Shown: positions 39,324 to 45,724, counted from the first letter of the stretch. The stretch is 64,000 nucleotides of DNA from a virus (IMGVR_UViG_3300013105_000002:64001-128000); one strand, 5' to 3'. The notes: a model not told the origin generated them from the letters alone. Translations and numbers: made by a program.

Positions 39324-40051
39324 GTATTGCTGACAAGAAGGACGAGATTCTTGCCAAGGGCGAGGCCCAGCGAGGACAGTTCGACCCGGAGCCCGGTTCT
39401 GCGCCCGTGCGCATGTACCAGTATTGGGTCGAGAACTCGTGGGTCCATGGACAGCCCGCTCCCGCTCGTGAGAATTTCTGCCACTACTGGCGCATCGTTC
39501 TCATCTGGGGTCCGCTGTGGTGGGTTTTCCTTCACACGCTCTACCCGGTCTTCACCTCACGTCCTGCCAAGGCGGCGGCACGTGGTCTGAAGAAGATTCA
39601 CATTCCTCAGGCAATCAAGTCCTTCTTCAACAACAACGAAGAGAAGATTCTTCTGGGAATGGTGTATGCCCTGTCAGTGGCGTTTGGCGCTGTGGTGCTC
39701 GGAATTCTGGTCTATTCTCTGATCACCCATACTGCTAACACACTGATCATCCTTGGAATCATCGCTGGTGTCATCGCGTTCGTGACGCTGATGGTAATGG
39801 TTCTCTCTCACTTCATTGACAAGGCTGATGCCAAGAAGCGAAAGATCGAAGACGCTGCATTTGAGGCGTATTTCAAGGGTGAAGGTCCGCACCCGTATGA
39901 CCACAAGGAAGAGAACAAGCAGCCGGGTCGTCTGAAGCGATTTTTCAAGGCTGTTGGCGAGTACGTCAGCGTATTCTTCACTGTGCTGCGTACCAAGAAG
40001 TGGAAGATTTGTCCCTTCGTGACCGTGCCGGGTGTGGACAATGGGCGTTGA
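39320..40051 (+). CDS. Membrane protein
   Basis: 243 aa with 2-3 transmembrane segments. Confidence 0.7.
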   Translation: MSIADKKDEILAKGEAQRGQFDPEPGSAPVRMYQYWVENSWVHGQPAPARENFCHYWRIVLIWGPLWWVFLHTLYPVFTSRPAKAAARGLKKIHIPQAIKSFFNNNEEKILLGMVYALSVAFGAVVLGILVYSLITHTANTLIILGIIAGVIAFVTLMVMVLSHFIDKADAKKRKIEDAAFEAYFKGEGPHPYDHKEENKQPGRLKRFFKAVGEYVSVFFTVLRTKKWKICPFVTVPGVDNGR

Positions 40052-40367
40052 GCGAGTCCCGCTAAAGACGTATGGAAAACTTGACGAGTGGGACACCTAC
40101 CCTTCATATGGTAATGTGAGGTGGGATACCAACGTTCGTTTCGAAGCCCACATGGAGGTGACCGGCATGTACTCTGGTCGGTCAGCCAAGGGAGCCTGTG
40201 TCACTGACAAGAATACCGGCAAGGAATACCACATGTTCATGACCGATCTGATCAAGGCTCTGAGGGCTTTGACGGTTGACAAGGGAGTGTTCCCTGTCAT
40301 GGAGTGGGAAGCCTGCAAGCGTGGCATGAACTATGGCATCCGACCAGTGTTGACAGCCAAGAAGTAA
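40041..40367 (+). CDS. Hypothetical protein
   Basis: 108-aa ORF. Confidence 0.65.
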   Translation: MGVERVPLKTYGKLDEWDTYPSYGNVRWDTNVRFEAHMEVTGMYSGRSAKGACVTDKNTGKEYHMFMTDLIKALRALTVDKGVFPVMEWEACKRGMNYGIRPVLTAKK

Positions 40368-40378
40368 CCTGCTACAAT
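40350..40378 (+). promoter_or_regulatory. Sigma70-type promoter heading the tRNA array
   Basis: TTGACA-N17-TACAAT. Confidence 0.75.
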
Positions 40379-40425
40379 TTAGATGAGGTCGAAAGACCGA
40401 CCGGGCGCGGTGGACAATACGCAAT

Positions 40426-40496
40426 GTGGGTGAAATGTTACGGTAGCATTCCAGTTTTCCAAACTGGCCGCGAGGGTTCGACTCCCTCCACCCGCA
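40426..40496 (+). tRNA. tRNA-Gly(TCC)
   Basis: GTGGGTG/CACCCGC acceptor, CCAGT-TT TCC AA-ACTGG, GGTTCGACTCC. Confidence 0.9.
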
Positions 40497-40583
40497 CGCC
40501 CGTGTTCGTATGGTTAAAAGGTAAAGCGTTGACGGAGCAAGAGGCAACATCCCTATGGGACCGTCAGAAATCCATACACTTAA

Positions 40584-40655
40584 TCCCCGTTCGTATATTC
40601 GGTAATACGTCAGGTTCTGGTCCTGAAAAGCGAGGTTCGAATCCTTGACGGGGAG
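40584..40655 (+). tRNA. tRNA-Gln(CTG)
   Basis: TCCCCGT/ACGGGGA, TCAGG-TT CTG GT-CCTGA, T arm. Confidence 0.9.
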
Positions 40656-40680
40656 CAATACCTACAAGGTATATCAGGGC

Positions 40681-40708
40681 TTGACAGCCTCTGAGAATCT
40701 GGTAGAGT
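40681..40708 (+). promoter_or_regulatory. Sigma70-type promoter
   Basis: TTGACA-N16-TAGAGT upstream of a structured non-coding block. Confidence 0.55.
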
Positions 40709-40713
40709 AGTTC

Positions 40714-40988
40714 TTGTTGGAAGGGAACGCATGGTGCGGCGGCGAGAGAAACCTCGGCGCAGACAAACAAAGTGAGTTCGACTCTCACGCCAGTCCAACG
40801 GTTCGAACCCCAAAGTCGCGGGGTGTAGGGCCAAACGCCTGCTGAGAAGCATACGTAATAAATGCGCTGGCGTTCAGTGGAGTAGGTGGAGGTTGAAACT
40901 AGTTAAAGCCATAGAAGCCTTTGATCCCACTGAATGACCAAACTTGATATACTGGTAACAAAGTGGTCCCGGTAATAAACCGCCACTT
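40714..40988 (+). ncRNA. Unidentified structured RNA with a T-arm-containing 5' domain
   Basis: No + strand ORF. GTTGGA/TCCAAC closure, GTGAG-TTCGACT-CTCAC T arm, ACGCCAG/CTGGCGT and TTCAGTGG/CCACTGAA pairings. Confidence 0.55.
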
Positions 40989-41015
40989 GACAGAGCCGAA
41001 GAAAAGGGATAGGCT
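40987..41015 (+). promoter_or_regulatory. Sigma70-type promoter
   Basis: TTGACA-N17-TAGGCT. Confidence 0.7.
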
Positions 41016-41026
41016 CAGTCACACTA

Positions 41027-41100
41027 GTCGGCGTAGGATAATTGGTTAGTCTCTCTGACTTTCAATCAGAGTTGTGCGGGTTCGACCCCCGTCGCCGGTA
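41027..41100 (+). tRNA. tRNA-Glu(TTC)
   Basis: TCTGA-CT TTC AA-TCAGA, GCGGG-TTCGACC-CCCGT. Confidence 0.88.
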
Positions 41101-41129
41101 CGTAAGTTTTAATCTTCAGGAAGGCACAC

Positions 41130-41390
41130 ATGTCTACAGATACGCTAGAACTCATTGAAATGGACCTGAATCTCGATATCAGGCCGGTATGTGAGGATGC
41201 GGCCAACAATGACGGCAATGAGGCACAATGGATTACCCGTCACCCCGGCTGTTCGTATCTGATTTGCACGGTGTGCAAGACCGAGGACCAGAGTGTTGTC
41301 AATGAGTGTATTCAGGATGGAACAGAAGCGTGGTGCGGACAGTGCAACACAATGTTCCAGCCAGAGGAACTGAAGTTCATTCCTCTCTAG
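41130..41390 (+). CDS. Cys-rich hypothetical protein
   Basis: 86 aa; CTVC and CGQC. Confidence 0.6.
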   Translation: MSTDTLELIEMDLNLDIRPVCEDAANNDGNEAQWITRHPGCSYLICTVCKTEDQSVVNECIQDGTEAWCGQCNTMFQPEELKFIPL

Positions 41391-41420
41391 TTGACAGACA
41401 GTAGATCAGGATGCTACACT
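41391..41420 (+). promoter_or_regulatory. Sigma70-type promoter
   Basis: TTGACA-N18-TACACT; GTAGATCA/TGATCTAC inverted repeat straddles the -10. Confidence 0.7.
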
Positions 41421-41434
41421 TGATCTACTCACAT

Positions 41435-41506
41435 AGGGACGAGCGTAGGTTGAGTCACAGAGCCTCCAAAACTCTAGTGCGATGGGTTCGAATCCCTCCG
41501 TCCCTG
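41435..41506 (+). tRNA. tRNA-Trp(CCA), atypical D arm
   Basis: AGGGACG/CGTCCCT, loop CT CCA AA, T arm; D stem pairs poorly. Confidence 0.75.
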
Positions 41507-41527
41507 CTCAACAACTAAATAATCGAT

Positions 41528-41602
41528 GGCCTAGGTGACTGTTGGATTGTGTCACTTCCCTGTCACGGAAGCATGAAGCGGGTTCGATTCCCGTCTAGGT
41601 CG
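41528..41602 (+). tRNA. tRNA-Asp(GTC)
   Basis: GGCCTAG/CTAGGTC, CTTCC-CT GTC AC-GGAAG. Confidence 0.9.
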
Positions 41603-41699
41603 CGCAAAGAGAGAAGGAAAGGTATTGGTCTGAGGCTTCGGCTATTCAACCTCTAACCACCCGGCAGACGCCGAAGCATTGCTAATGCGCTCTTTCAAT

Positions 41700-41771
41700 C
41701 GGAATGTACGCAAGAGGTATGCGGTTTGCTTTGGGAGCAAAAAGTCGGGGGTTCGAATCCCTCCATTCCGA
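41700..41771 (+). tRNA. tRNA-Pro(TGG)
   Basis: CGGAATG/CATTCCG, TTTGC-TT TGG GA-GCAAA. Confidence 0.92.
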
Positions 41772-41839
41772 CGTGAAGCACGGGTTCGAATCCCGGTGCC
41801 CGGTATATGGGTATAGTGTATAGGAGCACACGCCGTCAC
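41772..41839 (+). ncRNA. Circularly permuted tRNA-like element (T arm, closed acceptor stem, D arm; YrlA-like topology)
   Basis: CGGG-TTCGAAT-CCCG, then TGCCC-ggtatat-GGGTA, then TA-GTGT-atagga-GCAC. Confidence 0.55.
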
Positions 41840-41852
41840 TTAAAGGAGAATA

Positions 41853-42161
41853 ATGGCAGACAAGAACGATGCAGTCGCTAAGGTGGTTGCAGAGGATGGT
41901 TTGGAGACTTGGGTCGGACAGATCGAAGCGCTTGTTTCAGACATTGCTGAGTCAATTAAGGAAGAGGCCGACGAGAAGTACGCCGTTAGGGATGGCGAGG
42001 CTCTATTCCTGAATGTCAATGCAATTGCGATCTACGCACATGCTATGCATATGCACGCAATATTTCTCAATGAGTCAGGAAGGCCAGAACTAGCAGATTC
42101 AGTCACACAGCATGTGATTGCTTTGGCTACTCTGGTAGAAGAGGCTCAAAAGCGCTCTTGA
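41853..42161 (+). CDS. Hypothetical protein
   Basis: 102 aa, AAGGAG RBS. Confidence 0.7.
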   Translation: MADKNDAVAKVVAEDGLETWVGQIEALVSDIAESIKEEADEKYAVRDGEALFLNVNAIAIYAHAMHMHAIFLNESGRPELADSVTQHVIALATLVEEAQKRS

Positions 42162-42187
42162 CAGAAGACTTGGTTCCAGTCTATAAT
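42158..42187 (+). promoter_or_regulatory. Sigma70-type promoter
   Basis: TTGACA-N18-TATAAT; TTGGTTCCA/TGGAACTAA inverted repeat around the -10. Confidence 0.8.
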
Positions 42188-42198
42188 GGAACTAACAT

Positions 42199-42273
42199 GG
42201 TGGTATAGCCAAGTCTGGTGAAGGCAATGCTCTGATAAGGCATGATGCGTTGGTTCAAATCCAACTACCACTA
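42199..42273 (+). tRNA. tRNA-Ile(GAT)
   Basis: ATGCT-CT GAT AA-GGCAT, GTTGG-TTCAAAT-CCAAC. Confidence 0.88.
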
Positions 42274-42286
42274 CGTAACAAAATAT

Positions 42287-42358
42287 GGTCCTATCGCCAA
42301 GTGGTAAGGCATCTGTTTTACACACAGACATGCGGGAGTTCGATTCTCTCTGGGACTA
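42287..42358 (+). tRNA. tRNA-Val(TAC)
   Basis: GGTCCTA/TGGGACT, TCTGT-TT TAC AC-ACAGA. Confidence 0.9.
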
Positions 42359-42366
42359 CGCAACAT

Positions 42367-42438
42367 GCCTCTAGGGAGGACGGTGTTCTCAGCGATCCTT
42401 ATAAGTCGTGAAAGCCGGGTCATCCCCGGATGGGGGTA
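42367..42438 (+). pseudogene. Degenerate tRNA-Ile(TAT)-like gene
   Basis: GCCTCTA/TGGGGGT acceptor, 8-nt anticodon loop CCTTATAA, T loop reduced to TCATC. Confidence 0.55.
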
Positions 42439-42446
42439 CACAAATT

Positions 42447-42653
42447 ATGTATGAATATCAGCAAGGCATTGGCGGGTTAATATACACACCTCCCGTCACA
42501 TATGGTGAAGCAAAGCGTGTGATCAAGAGCGTAACAGTAATTGAGACTTTTGATGAGAAGGAAAAGTTGGTCGCACGCAAGACAGTGACAGAGTACGAAG
42601 ACGGAAAGCCTTCAACTCCGATCACATGGAACAATGGCGTACAGCCTTTGTAA
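42447..42653 (+). CDS. Hypothetical protein
   Basis: 68-aa ORF between tRNA genes. Confidence 0.55.
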   Translation: MYEYQQGIGGLIYTPPVTYGEAKRVIKSVTVIETFDEKEKLVARKTVTEYEDGKPSTPITWNNGVQPL

Positions 42654-42684
42654 TTTAACTTAATATAAGGGCTTCGGCCCAAAT

Positions 42685-42767
42685 GGAAGGTCGGCAATTG
42701 GCGTAGCACACAGTCTTGAAAACTGCTAAGGGTAAAACCGATGTGGGTTCGACTCCCTCACCTTCCG
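42685..42767 (+). tRNA. tRNA-Ser(TGA)
   Basis: GGAAGGT/ACCTTCC, G73, loop CT TGA AA, long variable arm; weak D arm. Confidence 0.85.
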
Positions 42768-42773
42768 CCCAAA

Positions 42774-42811
42774 AAGGGCTGGTGGATGCTTTCGGGCGCA
42801 CCAGCCCTTTT
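42774..42811 (+). terminator. Rho-independent terminator
   Basis: AAGGGCTGGTG...CACCAGCCCTT followed by TT. Confidence 0.7.
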
Positions 42812-42832
42812 CTATACCCAAAGGAGGATGAC

Positions 42833-43318
42833 ATGGAACTACTATTCAGCACACCGCATGGATCACGTCTGTATGGCCTGCACCATGCGAACTCTGACCA
42901 TGACCGCATGGAGGTTTATGGTTTCAACAAGTTCAGGCCAAAGCAAAAAATCATCGGTGATGATGATGTTGTCAAGGCATCACTAGACAAATTCCTGCTG
43001 TACTGTGACAAGGGTGTGCCCCAGTATCTTGAAGCCATGTTCTCCGAGCAGGCCACTGTGAACCGCATAGAATTCATCACGGACACCTACATGCCCAACA
43101 TGACACACATGAGAGACACGTATTTTAGAACCATCAAGTCGTTCTGGATGTTCGGTGTTGAGAACGATGACCACAAGAGGCGGCGGCATGCACTGAGGCT
43201 CTTGCTCAACTTGCGCGAAGCCCATGAACGTGGTAGATTCAACCCAACATTGACAGCCGAGCAGGCTAGACAGGTCACCATCGATGCTGATAGACTGACG
43301 GAGTTGCCCGACTTTTAG
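42833..43318 (+). CDS. Pol-beta superfamily nucleotidyltransferase (RlaP-like)
   Basis: HGSRLYGL....SDHD minimal NTase motif (GS...DxD); AAGGAGG RBS. Confidence 0.8.
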   Translation: MELLFSTPHGSRLYGLHHANSDHDRMEVYGFNKFRPKQKIIGDDDVVKASLDKFLLYCDKGVPQYLEAMFSEQATVNRIEFITDTYMPNMTHMRDTYFRTIKSFWMFGVENDDHKRRRHALRLLLNLREAHERGRFNPTLTAEQARQVTIDADRLTELPDF

Positions 43319-43326
43319 GAGTAAGA

Positions 43327-43599
43327 ATGCACAAGACAATTCTATGCAGTTGCGGAAAGCAGATTTCTACCTGTAGGTGTCCAAGTCCAAACAAGACAAT
43401 CGTGGTGTCTGACCAGCCCTGTACTCATGTCAAGACAGAGGTTCAGCCAAGTTCAGAAGAGGTGTACGCAAAGTATGCTGATATCTTTGGAGTCCCTTCT
43501 TGGCTTTTCAAGGAAGTGATTGCCAAGTACAACGAGGAAATCCTTCAGGCACTGGTGACAGAGGCCAGAGACAAGAGCAGGAGCCTTCGTGGAGAGTAG
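43327..43599 (+). CDS. Hypothetical protein
   Basis: 90 aa, CSCG...CRC. Confidence 0.6.
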   Translation: MHKTILCSCGKQISTCRCPSPNKTIVVSDQPCTHVKTEVQPSSEEVYAKYADIFGVPSWLFKEVIAKYNEEILQALVTEARDKSRSLRGE

Positions 43600-43858
43600 A
43601 AACCAAGAAGTTTTCAGAGTGCACGGCGACGTTCCGACGACTGTCACCATTGAATTCAACATTCAGCCGGGGCAGAGTGACAGGGACACCCTTCTCAATG
43701 CCAAGGACTACCTTGAATACTACCTCAACAGTGGTAATCACAAGTCATGGGGTAGAAAGATCAGTATTAAGGGTGTCATGGCAAGGGTCAGATCGTCTAA
43801 GGAGCGGCGCGGCAGTGAAACGAAACCAGTCGTCTCAGATGTTGCACGCCGAGAGTGA
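43589..43858 (+). CDS. Hypothetical protein
   Basis: 89-aa ORF. Confidence 0.6.
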   Translation: MESRNQEVFRVHGDVPTTVTIEFNIQPGQSDRDTLLNAKDYLEYYLNSGNHKSWGRKISIKGVMARVRSSKERRGSETKPVVSDVARRE

Positions 43859-43870
43859 GTATGCTACACT
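43842..43870 (+). promoter_or_regulatory. Sigma70-type promoter
   Basis: TTGCAC-N17-TACACT. Confidence 0.6.
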
Positions 43871-43914
43871 AGTTTTATTCCGGCGCGGATTCGATGAGTT
43901 TCCGCCCCGGTCAT

Positions 43915-43986
43915 GCCGATTAAGTGTTAATGGATGCACGGGCGATTGAAGATCATCAAGTGGGGGATCGTTACCCTCAATCGGCA
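43915..43986 (+). tRNA. tRNA-Phe(GAA)
   Basis: GCCGATT/AATCGGC, loop TT GAA GA (one anticodon-stem mismatch), GGATCGTTACC T arm. Confidence 0.75.
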
Positions 43987-43987
43987 C

Positions 43988-44064
43988 TGGGGTGTATTGG
44001 CGCTGGCTACGAACCAGTAGTGCATAACGGACTGAAAATGAGGGTTCGAATCCCTTCTCCCCAA
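43988..44064 (+). tRNA. Non-canonical tRNA-Arg(ACG): no D arm, D-loop-like motif in variable region
   Basis: TGGGGTG/CTCCCCA (one mismatch), 7-nt linker, GCTGG-CT ACG AA-CCAGT, 21-nt insert containing TAACGGAC, GAGGG-TTCGAAT-CCCTT. Confidence 0.65.
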
Positions 44065-44111
44065 CGCGATTGACGCACATTGATGTGCTATGAAGTTGAG
44101 TAGGAAATACA

Positions 44112-44456
44112 TTGAAGGCAAAAGTTACTGGCCTAATGGCCACCTTCCTGCTGCTCTTTGCAGCGTTGACCATCGCCCCCGCACAGGGTGCGGCGGCAGC
44201 GACGACAGGAAACAAGTTCTGTCAGACAAGTGGCAGTTCAACCGACGCCGTTATTCAGGCGTGGTGGGAGAACGGCACAAAGCAGAATGTCGGCTGGTAC
44301 AAGTGCAGCCCGACAGGTGTAAATGGATTTATTGTTCCTAATGGATTCTACTGTCAGTCACAGTGGGGGTACACCTACAATGGCGATTGGTTCGGTAGGC
44401 TTTACAGGTTCACCACGAACAACAATTACCTGTACCTGACTTGTCGTCACGCCTGA
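44112..44456 (+). CDS. Secreted Cys-containing protein (paralog of 47362-47838)
   Basis: Sec-type signal peptide ending AQG/AAA; F.V..G..C.S.WGY.Y motif. Confidence 0.7.
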   Translation: MKAKVTGLMATFLLLFAALTIAPAQGAAAATTGNKFCQTSGSSTDAVIQAWWENGTKQNVGWYKCSPTGVNGFIVPNGFYCQSQWGYTYNGDWFGRLYRFTTNNNYLYLTCRHA

Positions 44457-44482
44457 TAAAACAGGCAAGGTATAATAGTGGT

Positions 44483-44626
44483 ATGGAAGAGTACACATTC
44501 ACCGTATGCCTCACTGTTAAGGTAGAGGCGTTTGACAAGTCCGATGCTACGGACATTTTGCATGACACTTTCGACCCCGGCAGCGACTGCGGAGTGGAAA
44601 TCGTAAATCTTGATATCAAGGAGTAA
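44483..44626 (+). CDS. Small hypothetical protein
   Basis: 47 aa, downstream of a TATAAT. Confidence 0.5.
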   Translation: MEEYTFTVCLTVKVEAFDKSDATDILHDTFDPGSDCGVEIVNLDIKE

Positions 44627-44627
44627 C

Positions 44628-44837
44628 GTGAGTAACATTGACCAGATTATCATGATCTGTGGTATTCAGGCCGCATGCAAGGGTAACGAAGCAGTGGGAG
44701 AAGTCGAATTTGAAGTGTCCGATGAGGATACGGAACCGTTCGATATCAAGATTCCCTGCTGCTCAGAATGCCTCAACTTCTTGAATCCGGGCGGTACGTA
44801 CAGTATTGACAGCACGTCAGACGGTGTGGTAGACTGA
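44628..44837 (+). CDS. Cys-rich hypothetical protein
   Basis: 69 aa, AAGGAG RBS. Confidence 0.55.
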   Translation: MSNIDQIIMICGIQAACKGNEAVGEVEFEVSDEDTEPFDIKIPCCSECLNFLNPGGTYSIDSTSDGVVD

Positions 44838-44849
44838 AGTACACACTTT

Positions 44850-44921
44850 GGGGGTGTGGCCTGACAGGGAAGCAACTGCTTTGCAAGCAGTCATATGTGG
44901 GTTCGAATCCCATCACCTCCA
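44850..44921 (+). tRNA. tRNA-Ala(TGC) copy 1
   Basis: GGGGGTG/CACCTCC (G3:U70), ACTGC-TT TGC AA-GCAGT. Confidence 0.92.
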
Positions 44922-44986
44922 CGTCGTTGAATCACATGAGGCTAGTGTGATGAGGCCGTCCTGAGCAAGACGTTAAACTACTGAAT

Positions 44987-45058
44987 GGGAGCGTAGTGTC
45001 AACGGTAACACACTTGTTTTGCAAGCAAGCATTGAGGGTTCGAATCCCTCCGCATCCA
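44987..45058 (+). tRNA. tRNA-Ala(TGC) copy 2
   Basis: GGGAGCG/CGCATCC (G3:U70, A4xA69 mismatch), CTTGT-TT TGC AA-GCAAG. Confidence 0.85.
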
Positions 45059-45120
45059 CAAAGGGTAGCGGCATACCTCCTAGAAATAGGTAACTGATTT
45101 CCAGTTAGTAAAAGCCGTAT

Positions 45121-45195
45121 GATCCGGTCGCACAGTCTGGCAGTGCATGGCACTCTTAATGCCCGAGAACGTGGGTTCGAATCCCACCCGGATCA
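45121..45195 (+). tRNA. tRNA-Lys(CTT) copy 1
   Basis: GATCCGG/CCGGATC, GGCA-CT CTT AA-TGCC, T arm. Confidence 0.85.
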
Positions 45196-45319
45196 CAAAA
45201 GTGCTAATATCTAGATGATAAACCTGCTAAGCACTAACGGCACGACCAGACTCCTAACAGGATGGAGGCGAGGCATCATGGCGGCGGTATACCGTGGGAT
45301 CATGGTCTGACTGGTCAAT

Positions 45320-45393
45320 GGGTGTATAGTTCAGTTGGTTAGAACAGCAGACTCTTAATCTGCGTGTCGGGGGTTCAAGTCCCTCTACACCCA
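45320..45393 (+). tRNA. tRNA-Lys(CTT) copy 2
   Basis: GGGTGTA/TACACCC, GCAGA-CT CTT AA-TCTGC. Confidence 0.95.
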
Positions 45394-45394
45394 C

Positions 45395-45595
45395 ATGAGC
45401 GGTATGGGAGAGTCACTAGTAATTCAAGAGGACGTTTTCGCCAGCAGCGATTTGCGTCACCTCTCTTGGACTGACAGCAATGGCGTTACCCGTTTCTACG
45501 AGATTGTGTCTGATATGGCAGATGACGTAGAGTACGGTGTTGACAAGATTGCTACGGCAATTGGTGATATCGGCTACCAGACTTCTCATCAATGA
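45395..45595 (+). CDS. Hypothetical protein
   Basis: 66-aa ORF filling the gap between tRNAs. Confidence 0.5.
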   Translation: MSGMGESLVIQEDVFASSDLRHLSWTDSNGVTRFYEIVSDMADDVEYGVDKIATAIGDIGYQTSHQ

Positions 45596-45679
45596 ATCGG
45601 TGCCAGAGCATGGTCGATTGGGTCGGACTTTTAATCCGTTGCAGAAATGCCATCGTGGGTTCGAATCCCACCCGATTCT
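45594..45679 (+). tRNA. tRNA with Lys(TTT) anticodon and long variable arm
   Basis: GAATCGG/CCGATTC, CGGA-CT TTT AA-TCCG, variable hairpin GCA-GAAA-TGC, U73. Confidence 0.85.
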
Positions 45680-45684
45680 CAATG

Positions 45685-45712
45685 TGCTACCCTTGACGGG
45701 GTAGCATTTTTT
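45685..45712 (+). terminator. Rho-independent terminator
   Basis: TGCTACCC-TTGACG-GGGTAGCA followed by six T. Confidence 0.8.
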
Positions 45713-45724
45713 ATGGAGGGAAAT

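Noticed and set aside
40716-40799. tRNA-Sec (GGAAG start, long arms)
   Set aside because: There is no TCA anticodon loop and the acceptor pairs poorly; kept as an unknown ncRNA.
44940-44980. Hammerhead ribozyme (TGATGAG...AAAC)
   Set aside because: The CUGAUGA and GAAA core is not intact, and TGTGAT is already paired in an ATCACA/TGTGAT hairpin.
40304-45682. ORF-track entries overlapping tRNA genes (40304, 40610, 42655, 44932, 45416) and 5' extensions at 42716, 45647 and 61166
   Set aside because: They run through tRNAs or promoters; downstream starts with clear RBS are preferred.
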